Assembly (NCBI GenBank): GCA_031427275.1
Contig: JANPNB010000298.1
Location: 1-51,843, forward strand
Reading direction: 5' to 3'
From: Alphaproteobacteria bacterium
GTDB lineage: Bacteria; Pseudomonadota; Alphaproteobacteria; Caulobacterales; Caulobacteraceae
DNA: 51,843 nt
In this document: positions 1-11,309 of the stretch, piece after piece
Numbering within the stretch: position 1 is the stretch's first letter
How the letters are laid out: the number at the start of each line of letters is the position of its first letter
Translations under genes and position numbers: made by a program
The notes under the pieces: generated by a model
The model's input: the letters and a program-made list of their open reading frames with translations, nothing else
Told to the model about the DNA's origin: nothing
Databases searched by the model: none

Positions 1-186
1 GACAGCTTCGGCGGTCTGGCCTGGCGCACACCGGACGCACCCGCCGCCCAAGCGCGGATCGCCGCCTCCGGCTTCGACGTCTCCGAGGTCCGCAAGGGCC
101 GCAAACCCGGCACCAAGGTGTTCACCGTACGCTCGGGCATAGTCGCAGGCCCAACAATCCTGGTCGAGCAGGGCGCGCTGCCGTGA
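1..186 (+). CDS. 3' end of a probable VOC/glyoxalase-like family protein (partial, runs off the left edge)
   Basis: Frame 1 is open from base 1: DSFGGLAWRTPDAPAAQARIAASGFDVSEVRKGRKPGTKVFTVRSG...[12 protein letters not shown]. This resembles a VOC C-terminal beta-alpha-beta-beta-beta unit. Its TGA overlaps the GTG of the next gene (GTGA). Confidence 0.55.
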   Translation, partial: DSFGGLAWRTPDAPAAQARIAASGFDVSEVRKGRKPGTKVFTVRSGIVAGPTILVEQGALP

Positions 187-1079
187 GGGCGCTGATCCTC
201 GCGCTCAGCCTCTCGGTAACCACCGCGTTCGCTCAGAGCCTCCCCGTCAAACTGCATGACGGCGACACTTGGACCTTCACGGCCAAGCATGAGCGCCTGT
301 CCGATGGCCCTAGATCTCATGACTACACCGTCACCATCACCAAGACCCTCACTTGGCGGGCCGCGTCGGACGGCGCTGGCGGGCTCCTCATGGAACATGT
401 CGGCAGCGTCGCCGAACCCGGCACGGCACCCGAGGCTGCTGCCACCCAGACCCTAACCATTCCCATCAAGTTCACCGTGGATGACGCCCTGGCCCCTAAC
501 GGCGTGGTCAACGTCGATGAGGTGCGCGCGGCCACCCGCAAGCTGCTCACCGACACTGGCGTGACCGAGACCGACTTTCAACAGATGATCAAAGCCAGCC
601 CCGGCATCCTCGACCAAACTGCCATGACCTTGATCAGCCGCGAGTTGGGGCTGCTGGGTCGCATCCAAGGCACCAACCTCAAGAAGGACCTACCCGTCCA
701 TCAGGAGGACGAGGTGCCCAACCCCATCGGCGGCCCGCCGCTCCGGTCGCGGATTACCTATGAGCTTCTGGACTATGATGCCGACTATGGCCGCGCCGTG
801 ATCAACTGGAAGGCTGAAGTTGACCTGGTTTCCTTGCGCGACAGCCTGGCTGAGCTCGTCAACAGCGTGGCACAGGATCAGCGAGCGGAAGCCCAGGCCC
901 AACTGGCCAAGATGAAGCTTGAGATTGTCCGCATGTGTCGCGGCGACATCGACATCGCCTCCGGCCTGGCCACCAAACTGATTTGCCGCAATCGCACAGC
1001 CGTGACCGAAGACGGAAATGTCAGCCAGACTTTCGACCGCTGGGAAATCACCCAGAGCCTGCCGGGAAAGCCCCAATGA
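183..1079 (+). CDS. Hypothetical exported protein (Sec signal peptide)
   Basis: 298-aa ORF with an N-terminal signal peptide [17 protein letters not shown] (AxA cleavage site). It is translationally coupled on both sides (GTGA and ATGA overlaps). No family recognised. Confidence 0.7.
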   Translation: MRALILALSLSVTTAFAQSLPVKLHDGDTWTFTAKHERLSDGPRSHDYTVTITKTLTWRAASDGAGGLLMEHVGSVAEPGTAPEAAATQTLTIPIKFTVDDALAPNGVVNVDEVRAATRKLLTDTGVTETDFQQMIKASPGILDQTAMTLISRELGLLGRIQGTNLKKDLPVHQEDEVPNPIGGPPLRSRITYELLDYDADYGRAVINWKAEVDLVSLRDSLAELVNSVAQDQRAEAQAQLAKMKLEIVRMCRGDIDIASGLATKLICRNRTAVTEDGNVSQTFDRWEITQSLPGKPQ

Positions 1080-1702
1080 AAGCCTTCACTCAGCTCGATG
1101 CCAAGATCGTGCCGCTTCAGATCGCCAATGTCGATACCGACCAGATCATCCCTAAACAGTTCCTCAAGACCGTCGAGCGCGAGGGTCTGAGCAAGGGCCT
1201 GTTCTACGATTTCCGCTTCGATGAGGCGGGTCAGGAAAAGCCCGACTTCGTGCTCAATCGCCCGGAATATAAGGGCGCGGGCGTGCTGGTCGCCGGGGAC
1301 AATTTTGGCTGCGGCTCCTCGCGCGAACATGCTCCCTGGGCGCTACTAGACTTCGGGATCAGCTGCGTGATCTCCACCAGCTTTGCTGACATCTTCTACA
1401 ATAACTGTTTCCAGAACGGTCTGCTGCCGGTGGTGCTGAAGCAGGACGAGGTACAGGCCCTGATGGAAGAAGCCAAGGGCGGCAATCACCTGGTTACCGT
1501 CGACCTGACCACCCAAACCGTCGTCTCGCCCTCCGGACAGCGCTTCGAATTTCAGATCGACCCGCAGCGCAAGATCAAGATGCTGAACGGCCTTGATGCC
1601 ATCGGCGAGACCTTGGTCGCCGCAGCCGATATCGACGTTTACGAGAGCAAACGGGCCTTGGATAAACCTTGGCTGGAAAGAGGGGGGCTCGAACGCGCAT
1701 GA
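1076..1702 (+). CDS. leuD: 3-isopropylmalate dehydratase small subunit
   Basis: Motifs [28 protein letters not shown] and [20 protein letters not shown] at 1076 overlaps the upstream stop. Confidence 0.97.
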   Translation: MKAFTQLDAKIVPLQIANVDTDQIIPKQFLKTVEREGLSKGLFYDFRFDEAGQEKPDFVLNRPEYKGAGVLVAGDNFGCGSSREHAPWALLDFGISCVISTSFADIFYNNCFQNGLLPVVLKQDEVQALMEEAKGGNHLVTVDLTTQTVVSPSGQRFEFQIDPQRKIKMLNGLDAIGETLVAAADIDVYESKRALDKPWLERGGLERA

Positions 1703-2001
1703 CGCTGATCATCGCCGGGACGGTCCGCGTGCCGCCTGAAAACATCGAGGCCTTCAAGCCCCATATGCTGGCCATGCTGAGCGCCAGTCGGGCCGAGGAT
1801 GGCTGTTTCGAATATGCCTATGCCCAGGACATTGCCGATCCCGGCCTGATCCGAGTCTATGAAGCTTGGCGCGATCAGGCCGCGTTGGACGCCCACTTCC
1901 AAACCTCGCACATGGCGACTTGGCGTTCCCATTGGCCCAAGTTCGGGCTTTCCGACCGTAACCTCATGGCCTACGAGACCGCCTCGCATCGCCAACTCTA
2001 G
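1699..2001 (+). CDS. Antibiotic biosynthesis monooxygenase (ABM)/putative quinol monooxygenase
   Basis: About 100 aa with the ABM pattern SRAEDGC..Y....D......YEAW.D.AAL.AHF...HM. ATGA overlap with leuD. Confidence 0.85.
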   Translation: MTLIIAGTVRVPPENIEAFKPHMLAMLSASRAEDGCFEYAYAQDIADPGLIRVYEAWRDQAALDAHFQTSHMATWRSHWPKFGLSDRNLMAYETASHRQL

Positions 2002-2010
2002 AGACGCCTC

Positions 2011-3063
2011 ATGACCGACCTCCTCCTTCTGCCCGGTGATGGCATCGGACCAGAAGTGACCGCCCAGGTCCGCCGGGTCGCTGAGCACCTGACGCCAGAC
2101 CTCTCGATTGAAGAGCGCCTGTTCGGCGGCTGCTCCTTCGACGCCCACGGCACCCCGCTCACCGATGAGACGCTCACTGCGGCTAAGGCATCAAAAGCTG
2201 TGCTGATGGGCGCCGTCGGCGGCCCACAATGGGCCGGAGCCCCGCGCGACAAGCGCCCGGAGGCGGGCTTGCTCGCCCTGCGCGCCGGCATGGAAGTGTT
2301 CGCCAACCTCCGCCCCGCCCTTTGCTTCCAGCCGCTCGCCGATGCGTCGAGCCTCAAGCGCGAACTGGTCGAGGGTCTCGATTTCATGATTGTCCGCGAG
2401 CTGACCGGCGGCATCTATTTCGGCAGCCCCCGGTTCATCGAGGACCTGCCAGGCGGCGGCCAGCGGGCCGTGGACACCCAGGTCTATACCACCATGGAGA
2501 TCGAGCGCGTCGCCCGAGTGGCCTTCGAACTGGCTAGGGGTCGCCGCAACAAGGTCCACTCCGCCGAGAAATCCAATGTTATGGATAGCGGCCTGCTCTG
2601 GCGCCAGGTGGTCACGGCTCTGCACGCCCGGGACTATGCCGACGTCCAACTAGAACACATCTTGGCCGACAACGCCGCCATGCAGATCGTTAAGGCCCCC
2701 AAACAGTTTGACGTTATGGTCACCGACAATCTGTTTGGCGACATCCTGTCCGACGCTGCGGCCCAGCTGACGGGATCACTCGGCATGTTACCCTCGGCCG
2801 CCCTGGGTCTACCGGGCAAACCCGGTCTCTATGAGCCCATTCACGGCTCGGCACCTGACATCGCCGGGCAGAGCCTGGCCAACCCGCTGGCCGCGATCCT
2901 CAGTTTTGAGATGGCCCTGCGTTGGTCCCTGGATCGCGTGACCTTGGCTGACAAGCTGCTGGGAGGCGTCATCAAGGCCTTGGAGGACGGCGCGCGCACG
3001 CGCGACCTCGGAGGTTCGCTTACCACCACAGAAATGGGCGATGCGGTCTTGGCGGCGCTCTAA
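2011..3063 (+). CDS. leuB: 3-isopropylmalate dehydrogenase
   Basis: Motifs [44 protein letters not shown] and [13 protein letters not shown]. Confidence 0.98.
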   Translation: MTDLLLLPGDGIGPEVTAQVRRVAEHLTPDLSIEERLFGGCSFDAHGTPLTDETLTAAKASKAVLMGAVGGPQWAGAPRDKRPEAGLLALRAGMEVFANLRPALCFQPLADASSLKRELVEGLDFMIVRELTGGIYFGSPRFIEDLPGGGQRAVDTQVYTTMEIERVARVAFELARGRRNKVHSAEKSNVMDSGLLWRQVVTALHARDYADVQLEHILADNAAMQIVKAPKQFDVMVTDNLFGDILSDAAAQLTGSLGMLPSAALGLPGKPGLYEPIHGSAPDIAGQSLANPLAAILSFEMALRWSLDRVTLADKLLGGVIKALEDGARTRDLGGSLTTTEMGDAVLAAL

Positions 3064-3725
3064 AGCCGTCGATACTCCAAGGCTGACCCGTCCTTCAGCT
3101 TACCGCTGAGGCCCGACCAGACGCCAAATTGATCATACCAATCGTCAATCTCGGCTTCACCCCGCACCGACCACCGGACGGCAGAGGTGCCTCGGCCATT
3201 GGAAAGTTTGATGGAGGTGTCGGGCTTTCGGATCGCGGTGACCTTGAGGAGCTTTCCCTCCTGGGGATTGAACAGGGGCGAGCCGAAGACTTCAGGATTC
3301 CAGTGGGTGAAGGGCAAGGTGTCAGCTGCGACGATCAGCTTTCCCGATCCGGTTTCAACCACGAGGCTGCGCTCTGTTCGTCGGGCACTGACCTTTTGCC
3401 GCTTACCGTTGGCGTCGGTCGTGGTCTCCAGGCTGGCAAACCGACCGCCAGCCCAGCGCTCCACTGCATGATGTCGATAGCGATAGACGGGCACCGGTCC
3501 AAGCTTCACCGACATCTGCACATCAGTCGTCACAACCGGGGAGGCCCCATCGCCACCAAAGACCATGAGGTGGGAGCCGACTTTGGCTCCGTTTCGGAAG
3601 ATTGCAAATTCGAGCTTTTTGCTGGTCGGCGCGGCAGCTTTGGCGACAGCGGTGGACGCCAACGCCAAGCCAGTCGCCAGCATCGTTCGCCTAGACAGAT
3701 CCCTGGCCGTATGTCCTTGAGACAT
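3060..3725 (-). CDS. Tat-exported hypothetical protein (DUF6134-like)
   Basis: ATG at 3725 with an upstream GGAG. Twin-arginine signal SRRTML...AKAA followed by a beta-rich body (F.I.RNG.KVG.H, YRY.H.AVE.W). The family label is from recall. Confidence 0.65.
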   Translation of the reverse strand: MSQGHTARDLSRRTMLATGLALASTAVAKAAAPTSKKLEFAIFRNGAKVGSHLMVFGGDGASPVVTTDVQMSVKLGPVPVYRYRHHAVERWAGGRFASLETTTDANGKRQKVSARRTERSLVVETGSGKLIVAADTLPFTHWNPEVFGSPLFNPQEGKLLKVTAIRKPDTSIKLSNGRGTSAVRWSVRGEAEIDDWYDQFGVWSGLSGKLKDGSALEYRRL

Positions 3726-3838
3726 GGAGACTCCAATTGATCTTATGACTACGTGCCAACGCCGCGAACAGATGCAATCTTGGTTGCCAAACCTAAGCTC
3801 GCTCAGCGATGTTGCCGATAGGTAAAGGAACACGCGTC

Positions 3839-4267
3839 ATGCCGCCCTCGCCTGCCCATTGGTTGGTCAAGTCTGAACCGACAAAGTACGCATTCAGCGA
3901 CCTGCAACGCGACGGCAAGACCATGTGGGACGGGGTGCGCAACAATCAGGCGGCACTGTATCTCAAGGCGATGCGCATGGGCGACCAAGCGTTCTTCTAT
4001 CATTCCCAAGAGGGATTGGCTGTTGTCGGGATCGCTGAGGTTGTTCGCGAGGCATTTCTAGATCCCACCGATCCGGCGGGCCGCTTTGTTGCGGTGGAGT
4101 TTGCCCCAGTGCGGCTGCTTCCCAAACCGGTGACCTTGGCTCAGATGAAGGCCGAACCCGCTCTTTCAGCCATGGCCATGTTCCGTCAGTTCCGTCTATC
4201 GGTGTGTCCTGTGACACCGCAAGAGTGGACAACCATTTTGGCGATGGGCGGGGAAAGCAGCGACTAA
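3839..4267 (+). CDS. EVE domain-containing protein
   Basis: Motifs HWLVKSEP, WDGVRNNQA, GD.AFFYHS and RLSVCPV...EW. AAGGA RBS before ATG 3839. Confidence 0.92.
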   Translation: MPPSPAHWLVKSEPTKYAFSDLQRDGKTMWDGVRNNQAALYLKAMRMGDQAFFYHSQEGLAVVGIAEVVREAFLDPTDPAGRFVAVEFAPVRLLPKPVTLAQMKAEPALSAMAMFRQFRLSVCPVTPQEWTTILAMGGESSD

Positions 4268-4329
4268 CATTGCGGTTGTGCCCGCCAGGGCGTAGAGGAT
4301 CGCTCCGCTTTTGAGATGGAGAAACTGCG

Positions 4330-5361
4330 ATGGGCTACCGCGTCGCTGTCGTCGGTGCCACAGGCAATGTGGGCCGCGAAATGTTGAATATCCTGGAGGA
4401 ACTTGAGTTCCCCATCGATAAGATTCACGCCATCGCTAGCCGCAAATCTATCGGCGTCGAAGTGTCGTTCGGCGACAAGATCATCAAATGTGAAGACATC
4501 GCGCAGTTCGACTTTTCGACCGTCGATTTAGTTTTGATGAGCGTTTCGGGGGCGTTCTCTAAGGAATGGGCGGCCAAGATCGGTGAGGCTGGACCCATCG
4601 TGATCGACAATTCGTCGGCCTGGCGGATGGACCCTGACGTTCCCCTGATCGTGCCTGAGGTGAACCCTGACGACGTGGAATGGGCCGACCGCAAGAACAT
4701 CATCGCCAATCCCAACTGCTCCACCGCTCAGCTGGTGGTGGTCTTGAAGCCCTTGCATGAGCGCGCCAGGATCAAGCGGGTGGTTGTCTCGACCTACCAA
4801 TCGGTGTCGGGTGCCGGCAAGGACGGCATGGACGAATTGTGGGATCAGACCAAGGGCGTGTTCGTTCTGGGTGCCCCGGAACCGAAGAAGTTCCCCAAGC
4901 AGATTGCCTTTAACGTCATCCCCTTCATCGGATCGTTCAACGACGACGGCTATACCGACGAAGAGTCCAAGATGTGGAACGAGACCCACAAGATGATCGA
5001 TCCAGAGATCAAGCTGACCGTCACCTGCGTGCGGGTGCCTGTGATGGTCGGTCACTCGGAGTCGGTGAATATCGAGTTTTTTGAGCCACTTGATGAAGAT
5101 GAAGCGCGCGACCTGCTCCGCGAGAGTCCAGGCATCGTGGTGATCGATCAGCGGACCGACAAGGGCTATATGACCCCGAAAGAGGCGCAAGGTGAATTCC
5201 CGGTCTTCGTCAGCCGTATTCGCAACGACCCGACCGTCGAGTACGGCTTGAACATGTGGGTGGTGGCCGACAACCTGCGCAAAGGCGCGGCCCTCAACGC
5301 CGTCCAAATCGCCCAACTGCTGCATGAGCGGGGCCTGATCAAACAGGCCGTCCCCGCCTAG
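4330..5361 (+). CDS. asd: Aspartate-semialdehyde dehydrogenase
   Basis: Motifs VVGATGNVG, IDNSSAWRM, IANPNCST (catalytic Cys), STYQSVSGAG and DNLRKGAALNAVQIA. Confidence 0.98.
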   Translation: MGYRVAVVGATGNVGREMLNILEELEFPIDKIHAIASRKSIGVEVSFGDKIIKCEDIAQFDFSTVDLVLMSVSGAFSKEWAAKIGEAGPIVIDNSSAWRMDPDVPLIVPEVNPDDVEWADRKNIIANPNCSTAQLVVVLKPLHERARIKRVVVSTYQSVSGAGKDGMDELWDQTKGVFVLGAPEPKKFPKQIAFNVIPFIGSFNDDGYTDEESKMWNETHKMIDPEIKLTVTCVRVPVMVGHSESVNIEFFEPLDEDEARDLLRESPGIVVIDQRTDKGYMTPKEAQGEFPVFVSRIRNDPTVEYGLNMWVVADNLRKGAALNAVQIAQLLHERGLIKQAVPA

Positions 5362-5368
5362 GGCGGGC

Positions 5369-6268
5369 GTGCCGCCGCAAACCCCAGCGACGCCACTGAT
5401 CGCCGGCGTCGTTTGCTACCTGTTCTGGGGGTTTGCGCCCCTAGTGTTCCAGTCTATCGGCCGTTACGGCGTCGGCTCTTGGGAAATCTTGGCTCATCGC
5501 AGCCTATGGGGCGTGCCCGTCGCCCTTTTGTTCGTCGTGATGGCACGGCAGGGGGATCAGGTTTTGCGCGTCCTGCGCAATCCGCCGGTCTTGGCGGGCC
5601 TAGCGTTTTCCGCTCTGCTAATCGGAGCCAATTGGGCGCTCTATGTTTGGGCGGTGAATGCGGGAAATGTGCTGGAGGCCAGCCTCGGCTACTACCTGAC
5701 ACCCTTGCTGAACATGCTGGCTGGTGTGGTCATCTTTCGTGAGCGGTTTGATAAGATCGGGGTCACTGCCGTCCTGTTGGCGGTGGGCGGGATCGTTTTG
5801 CAAGGATTGGCCCTAGGCCATCTGCCCTGGATATCCCTTATCCTTGCCGCGTCCTTTGGGGCCTATGGCGTAGTGCGCAAATTGATCACTGCAGACGCGC
5901 AGACCGGCCTGCTTATCGAGTGCCTGTATCTGGCGGTTCCCGGCGCGATCTATCTGGCTTGGATGGCCCAGCATGGCGGCGGTCACTTCGGGACCAACCT
6001 GCCGGTGTCAGCGTGGCTGATCGCCTGCGGCCCCATCACAGCGGTGCCGCTGGTCCTATTCTCCTGGGCAGCACGGCGATTGCCCCTGTCGACCCTGGGT
6101 TTTCTGCAATTCATCGGACCGACCATCGGTTTTGCCATCGGCATTGCCGAAGGTGAGGCCTTCACCCCGCTACGCGCCCTATCCTTCGCCCTGATCTGGG
6201 GCGGAGCCGCTGTCTTCATCTACGGAGCTTGGCGCAGAACGCGTGTCCTGACCCCGGCCGCCGTATAG
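5369..6268 (+). CDS. rarD: EamA-family transporter RarD
   Basis: About 10 hydrophobic segments with RarD motifs EILAHR..W, LEASLGYY..PL and LSTLGFLQFIGPT. Confidence 0.88.
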   Translation: MPPQTPATPLIAGVVCYLFWGFAPLVFQSIGRYGVGSWEILAHRSLWGVPVALLFVVMARQGDQVLRVLRNPPVLAGLAFSALLIGANWALYVWAVNAGNVLEASLGYYLTPLLNMLAGVVIFRERFDKIGVTAVLLAVGGIVLQGLALGHLPWISLILAASFGAYGVVRKLITADAQTGLLIECLYLAVPGAIYLAWMAQHGGGHFGTNLPVSAWLIACGPITAVPLVLFSWAARRLPLSTLGFLQFIGPTIGFAIGIAEGEAFTPLRALSFALIWGGAAVFIYGAWRRTRVLTPAAV

Positions 6269-6270
6269 CT

Positions 6271-7662
6271 TTAGTAGCGATAGTGATCCGGTTTAAACGG
6301 GCCAGTGGTAGGCACACCGATATAGTCGGCTTGATCCTTCGATAGGGTGGTCAGCTTAGCGCCCAGCTTGCCCAGGTGCAGCATGGCCACTTTCTCATCC
6401 AGGTGCTTAGGCAGGGTATAGACCTGCGTCTGATACTTCGCCCCGTTGGTCCATAACTCCATCTGAGCCAGGGTCTGGTTGGTGAAGGACGCGCTCATCA
6501 CAAAGCTGGGGTGGCCGGTTGCATTGCCTAGGTTCACTAGGCGGCCCTCAGACAACAGGATGATCTTCTTACCGTCCGGAAACTCGATGTGGTGCACCTG
6601 ATCCTTGATCTGGTCCCATTTGAAGTTTTTCAGGCCGGCGACTTGGATCTCTGAGTCGAAGTGGCCGATATTGGCGACGATGGCGTTGTTCTTCATGGCG
6701 CGCATGTGATCGACGGTCAGCACGTCTTTGTTGCCGGTAGCGGTGATGAAGATGTCGGCCTTGTCGGCGACGTCTTCCATAGTCTGGACTTCGTAGCCCT
6801 CCATGGCCGCCTGTAGGGCACAGATGGGGTCAACCTCGGTAACGATCACCCGTGCGCCGCCATTGCGCAGCGAGGCCGCAGAACCCTTGCCCACATCGCC
6901 GTAACCCAGGACCACGGCGACCTTGCCGGAAAGCATCACATCGGTGCCGCGTCGGATCGCGTCCACCAAGCTCTCACGGCAGCCATAGAGATTGTCGAAC
7001 TTCGACTTGGTGACGCTGTCATTGACGTTGATCGCCGGGAACGGCAACTCGCCGCGCTCGGCCATTTGGTATAGGCGGTGGACGCCCGTGGTGGTCTCTT
7101 CCGATACGCCCTTACACGCATCGCGGATCGCCGAATAGAAGCCGGGCTTTTCCTTCAGGTAGCGCTTCATCACCGCATAGAGGGCTTCTTCTTCCTCGTT
7201 CTGCGGATTGTTCAGCACCGAGGCATCCTTCTCTGCCTTGGGGCCGAGTACGCAGAGCAAGGTCGCGTCGCCGCCATCGTCCAGGATCAGGTTGGGATAA
7301 CCGCCATCGGACCATTCAAAGATCCTGTGCGCATAGTCCCAGTATTCCAGCAGGTTCTCGCCCTTGATGGCAAAGACCGGCGTGCCATTGGCCGCAATAG
7401 CTGCGGCAGCATGGTCCTGGGTTGAGAAAATGTTGCACGAGGCCCAGCGCACATCCGCACCCAGGGCTTCCAGTGTCTGGATCAGCACGGCGGTCTGAAT
7501 GGTCATGTGTAGAGAGCCAGCAATCCGCGCGCCCTTCAGCGGCTGGGCCGCGCCAAACTCTGAGCGAAGCGCCATCAGGCCGGGCATTTCAGTTTCCGCG
7601 ATGGCGATTTCTTTGCGACCAAAGTCAGCCAGGGAAATGTCTTTCACCACATAGTCGGTCAT
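6271..7662 (-). CDS. ahcY: Adenosylhomocysteinase
   Basis: Motifs [57 protein letters not shown] and C-terminal [10 protein letters not shown]. Start MTDYVVKD at 7662. Confidence 0.98.
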   Translation of the reverse strand: MTDYVVKDISLADFGRKEIAIAETEMPGLMALRSEFGAAQPLKGARIAGSLHMTIQTAVLIQTLEALGADVRWASCNIFSTQDHAAAAIAANGTPVFAIKGENLLEYWDYAHRIFEWSDGGYPNLILDDGGDATLLCVLGPKAEKDASVLNNPQNEEEEALYAVMKRYLKEKPGFYSAIRDACKGVSEETTTGVHRLYQMAERGELPFPAINVNDSVTKSKFDNLYGCRESLVDAIRRGTDVMLSGKVAVVLGYGDVGKGSAASLRNGGARVIVTEVDPICALQAAMEGYEVQTMEDVADKADIFITATGNKDVLTVDHMRAMKNNAIVANIGHFDSEIQVAGLKNFKWDQIKDQVHHIEFPDGKKIILLSEGRLVNLGNATGHPSFVMSASFTNQTLAQMELWTNGAKYQTQVYTLPKHLDEKVAMLHLGKLGAKLTTLSKDQADYIGVPTTGPFKPDHYRY

Positions 7663-7729
7663 CGGGTCGTCCTGTCGGGGGGTGGAGATTTGGGGCTCTA
7701 TAGCCGCTGACCAGTCTTCTCGCAAGGAA

Positions 7730-7751
7730 CATATAAGGAAGTCTTTATATG
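7730..7751. promoter_or_regulatory. SahR-type operator upstream of ahcY
   Basis: CATATAAGGAAGTCTTTATATG is a near-perfect AT-rich palindrome about 70 bp upstream of the ahcY start. It matches the recalled alphaproteobacterial SahR box ATAAAG-N4-CTTTAT. Confidence 0.75.
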
Positions 7752-9187
7752 AGCTGAACCAAATCGCCCTTCGCGAGTTGTCTCATAGATTTCCCAGCTG
7801 ACTCTAGACGCGTCAGGTTCTTGTCGCGCCGCATTTGAAGCAGGCGCTCTGCGACCCGGCGCTCGGGTGCGGGCAGGGTCAGGTGCTCAACAATTCTGGC
7901 GGCCACGGCGGCATCATTGAGGTCGCCTAGCGCGTCTTGAAGTGCCTTCACCCGCCCGAGCAGACCTGGGCCGGTCTTCATCAAAGGTGCAAACGCTTCG
8001 GCGCTGTAGCGGAGTTTCTTGGCCGCGATCCTCAGGCTGTGGCGCTCGGTATCACTGAGGCTGTGAAGGTCAGCGCCCCGTTTCAAGACGCGCTTCAGGG
8101 CCCGCTTCAAGACCTTGGAGGCAAAAGTGCCAATCGAAGGCTTTTGCGAGGCGTGTTCGAGCCATTCACCGGCCTCGATCCAAGCTGACGCCTCCAGGGC
8201 CAAGTCACGAAAGCGTTTTGATCTGAGCGCTTCAATAGCCTGGGCGTGAGCCTTCTGCCTTTCGGTTTCGACTACGGCGAAAAAAGTCGGATCGGCTATA
8301 TCAAGCTGAGCGTTATCGCGGGCGAAAACATCAAGGTCGCGGGCTTGGTCGCAGGCACTCAGCAGCCATTTAAGTTCGACCTGGATAGACGATCGTTGGT
8401 GGTCGGCCGCTACCTTCCTGAAACTCGACATGGCACTGCGCAATCGCCGCACGCCGATCCGCAATTGGTGCAGGGCCTCAACCCCGTCGCAGGCCCGCAA
8501 AACAGTCGCGCAACTGGTTATCTGGGCTAGCGCATCGCGTGCCATCTGTTGGAACGCCGCAGCTAGGCTGTGCTTGGCGGTGAGCTTGGCCCGGGGCCGC
8601 TTCCACGGTTCCACGGCGCGACGGCTGATCAAGGATTGACCCTGCGCGGCCTTACTCTCCAAACTGAGATAGAGCGGGGCAGCGGCACCTAAAAGCCGCC
8701 CGAGTTCGAACAGGGCTCGCGGCGAACCCTCCTTTAGTTCCAGCTCGACCTCACAAATGGTCTGCTTGCAGGCTTTGGCGACAATCTCACCCTCATCCAA
8801 GGCCAATTCGATCTGAGCGCCATCAAAGAGCAGGACTCGCGAACGGCGCTGCACGGTGACCACGAAAACCGGCTCGAGCCTGCGTCGCTGATCTGATTTC
8901 AGCGCCTTTTTCAAAGCTTTTTGATTCAGATCCAAACCCTCGGGTGGTGCTGGGGTCTCATATTCTTGGCGCGAGAGCCCTTCTCCGATTTTCAGGGTCT
9001 GCAATCGCCCCTTGCCGTCATCGCGTAAACGCAAAGCTGCTTGGCTGCTGGCTAGGTCCCTATCGGGGGTATCGAAATAGGTGGCGATCAGCTTTCGGCT
9101 GTCCAGGCCTTCCCCCGGCGATCCGCCCAAGACTGCGGCCAAGTCGGCGGGGTCGGCCAGGAACTTCAGTTCAATTTCGACGCTCAA
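7745..9187 (-). CDS. CYTH and CHAD domain protein (inorganic triphosphatase YgiF-like)
   Basis: CYTH motifs EIELK, YFDTPD..L, ALRLR and EVELELK. CHAD motifs [13 protein letters not shown] and [13 protein letters not shown]. Probable TTG start at 9187 after GAGG. Confidence 0.9.
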   Translation of the reverse strand: MSVEIELKFLADPADLAAVLGGSPGEGLDSRKLIATYFDTPDRDLASSQAALRLRDDGKGRLQTLKIGEGLSRQEYETPAPPEGLDLNQKALKKALKSDQRRRLEPVFVVTVQRRSRVLLFDGAQIELALDEGEIVAKACKQTICEVELELKEGSPRALFELGRLLGAAAPLYLSLESKAAQGQSLISRRAVEPWKRPRAKLTAKHSLAAAFQQMARDALAQITSCATVLRACDGVEALHQLRIGVRRLRSAMSSFRKVAADHQRSSIQVELKWLLSACDQARDLDVFARDNAQLDIADPTFFAVVETERQKAHAQAIEALRSKRFRDLALEASAWIEAGEWLEHASQKPSIGTFASKVLKRALKRVLKRGADLHSLSDTERHSLRIAAKKLRYSAEAFAPLMKTGPGLLGRVKALQDALGDLNDAAVAARIVEHLTLPAPERRVAERLLQMRRDKNLTRLESAGKSMRQLAKGDLVQLI

Positions 9188-9345
9188 CGGTCTGCCTCGA
9201 GTGAACACAAGATAGCCCCGCCTATACGCTATCAGCAGACCCCGACTTGAGACAGGTCAAGGATGGCGACTCCGCAGCCTTTGTGGGCTAGCGCGCGCCG
9301 TCAAGCAGTCCTATCAGGCAGGTCACCTCCACTCCAAGAGCCCAC

Positions 9346-10272
9346 ATGTCGCCCATAATTTCCGTGCAGAACCTGTCAAAGACCTATGCAGGGGGTTTTG
9401 CAGCACTGAGCGGCGTTGATCTCGACATCCGCAAAGGCGAAATCTTCGCGCTGCTGGGGCCCAATGGAGCCGGCAAGACCACCCTGATCAGCATCATCTG
9501 CGGCATCGTTAATCCGAGCTCGGGACGGGTGCTCGCTGATGGCCACGATGTGGTGGCTGAGTTTCGCGCCGCGCGTCGAAAAATCGGACTGGTGCCGCAG
9601 GAACTAAACACCGACGCCTTCGAAAGCGTTTGGGACACCATTAAATTCAGCCGTGGCCTATTTGGTAAGCCTCCCAATCCCGCCTATCTCGAGAAAGTGC
9701 TTCGCGACCTGTCCCTCTGGGACAAGAAGGACGAGAAGATTATGGCGCTGTCGGGGGGTATGAAGCGCCGCGTGATGATCGCCAAAGCCCTGAGCCATGA
9801 ACCCCAAATCCTGTTCCTGGACGAGCCGACAGCCGGTGTTGATGTCGAACTGCGCCGCGATATGTGGGAAATGGTCAGGGCGCTACGCGAAAGCGGCGTC
9901 ACCATCATCCTGACGACCCATTATATCGAAGAGGCAGAGTTAATGGCCGACCGGATCGGCGTGATTTCAGGCGGCAAGATCATCCTGGTCGAGGACAAGA
10001 CCGCGCTGATGGAAAAGCTTGGGAAGAAGCAGCTGACCCTGACGCTTCAATCGCCGCTTCTGGCCATTCCGGCTGATCTGGCGCGCGAACCCCTGACCCT
10101 GTCGGCAGATGGGCTAGAGTTGATTTACACCTTTGATGCCGCTTCCGACCGAACCGGCATTGCCGCCCTTCTGCGCCGATTGGGCGAGTACGGAATCGAC
10201 TTCAAAGATTTGAAGACCAAGGAAAGCTCTTTGGAAGAGATTTTTGTCAGCCTCGTGAGCCACCGGTCATGA
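9346..10272 (+). CDS. ABC-2 type transporter ATP-binding protein (YadG-like)
   Basis: Walker [10 protein letters not shown], signature LSGGMKRR, Walker B ILFLDEPT and H-loop TTHY. Confidence 0.93.
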   Translation: MSPIISVQNLSKTYAGGFAALSGVDLDIRKGEIFALLGPNGAGKTTLISIICGIVNPSSGRVLADGHDVVAEFRAARRKIGLVPQELNTDAFESVWDTIKFSRGLFGKPPNPAYLEKVLRDLSLWDKKDEKIMALSGGMKRRVMIAKALSHEPQILFLDEPTAGVDVELRRDMWEMVRALRESGVTIILTTHYIEEAELMADRIGVISGGKIILVEDKTALMEKLGKKQLTLTLQSPLLAIPADLAREPLTLSADGLELIYTFDAASDRTGIAALLRRLGEYGIDFKDLKTKESSLEEIFVSLVSHRS

Positions 10273-11030
10273 ACATCTATGCGATCGCGGCGATCTATCG
10301 GTTCGAGCTGGCCCGCACCTGGCGCACCTTGCTTGGCTCCATCGCCTCTCCAGTAATTTCGACCTCGCTCTATTTCATCGTCTTCGGAGCCGCCATTGGC
10401 TCACGTATGGCCAAGATTGATGGGGTTTCTTATGGAGCCTTTATTGTGCCGGGCTTGATCATGTTGTCGATCCTGACCGAGAGCATTTCCAATGCCAGTT
10501 TCGGAATCTACATGCCGAAGTTCTCCGGCACGATTTATGAGGTGCTCTCGGCCCCGATTTCGGCGCTTGAGATCGTGCTGGGCTATGTGGGAGCTGCGGC
10601 GACCAAGTCGGTGATCCTGGGTGCCGTGATCATGGCCACAGCACGCCTGTTCGTACCTTTCGAAATTGCCCATCCCTTGGTGATGGTAAGTTTTCTTGTG
10701 CTGACCTCCATCACCTTCTCGCTCTTCGGTTTCGTGGTGGGGGTGTGGGCTGATAGTTGGGAGAAGCTGCAGATCGTGCCGATGATGATCGTCACGCCCC
10801 TGACCTTCCTAGGCGGCAGCTTTTACTCGATCAATATGTTGCCGGGCATCTGGCCCAAGATCGCGCTGTTCAATCCCGTCGTCTATCTAGTGTCTGGATT
10901 CAGATGGGCCTTCTACGGGATTTCCGACGTCGCGGTGGGGGTCAGCCTAGCTGCGACCTTCGGCTTCATGCTGCTGTGCCTAGCGGCGATCACTTGGATC
11001 TTCAGGACCGGCTATAAGTTGAAGACTTAA
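10269..11030 (+). CDS. ABC-2 type transporter permease (YadH-like)
   Basis: About six TM segments, with [11 protein letters not shown] and [11 protein letters not shown]...LP...NPVVY motifs. ATGA overlap with the ATPase gene. Confidence 0.9.
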   Translation: MNIYAIAAIYRFELARTWRTLLGSIASPVISTSLYFIVFGAAIGSRMAKIDGVSYGAFIVPGLIMLSILTESISNASFGIYMPKFSGTIYEVLSAPISALEIVLGYVGAAATKSVILGAVIMATARLFVPFEIAHPLVMVSFLVLTSITFSLFGFVVGVWADSWEKLQIVPMMIVTPLTFLGGSFYSINMLPGIWPKIALFNPVVYLVSGFRWAFYGISDVAVGVSLAATFGFMLLCLAAITWIFRTGYKLKT

Positions 11031-11036
11031 GGAGGC

Positions 11037-11309
11037 TCACTCGTCCTCGCCAAAGCGCTCGGCTACCAGGACTTGCAGAGCGGCTACGGCATCGACAGCT
11101 TGCGGGCCCTGGGCGTCAATCTCAATGCAGCAGCCGATACCAGCGGCCAACATCATCAGGCCCATTATCGAACGCGCATCGACCGTATGACCATCCTTAG
11201 AGACCGTGACTTCGGCATCGAAGGTCGCCGCAAGCTTGACGAATTTGGCCGAGGCCCGCGCATGCAGGCCTTTTTTGTTGAGGATGTCGACGGTCGCCCG
11301 TGCGCTCAC
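11037..11309 (-). CDS. ptsH: HPr-family phosphocarrier protein
   Basis: GLHARAS (phospho-His) and DARSIMGLMML (regulatory Ser). Confidence 0.93.
   Translation of the reverse strand: MSARATVDILNKKGLHARASAKFVKLAATFDAEVTVSKDGHTVDARSIMGLMMLAAGIGCCIEIDAQGPQAVDAVAALQVLVAERFGEDE

Noticed and set aside
935-1075. N-terminal extension of LeuD (similar extensions for ahcY, chvG, pseB, fic and both citrate synthases)
   Set aside because: These are longest-ORF artefacts. Downstream starts match the family N-termini and RBS or overlap patterns.
3839-4267. EVE-domain gene as part of a modification-dependent restriction system
   Set aside because: It is a stand-alone EVE protein in a housekeeping context with no nuclease partner.
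7663-7745. SAH or SAM riboswitch upstream of ahcY
   Set aside because: The leader is short and has no recognisable riboswitch core. The palindrome fits a protein operator better.
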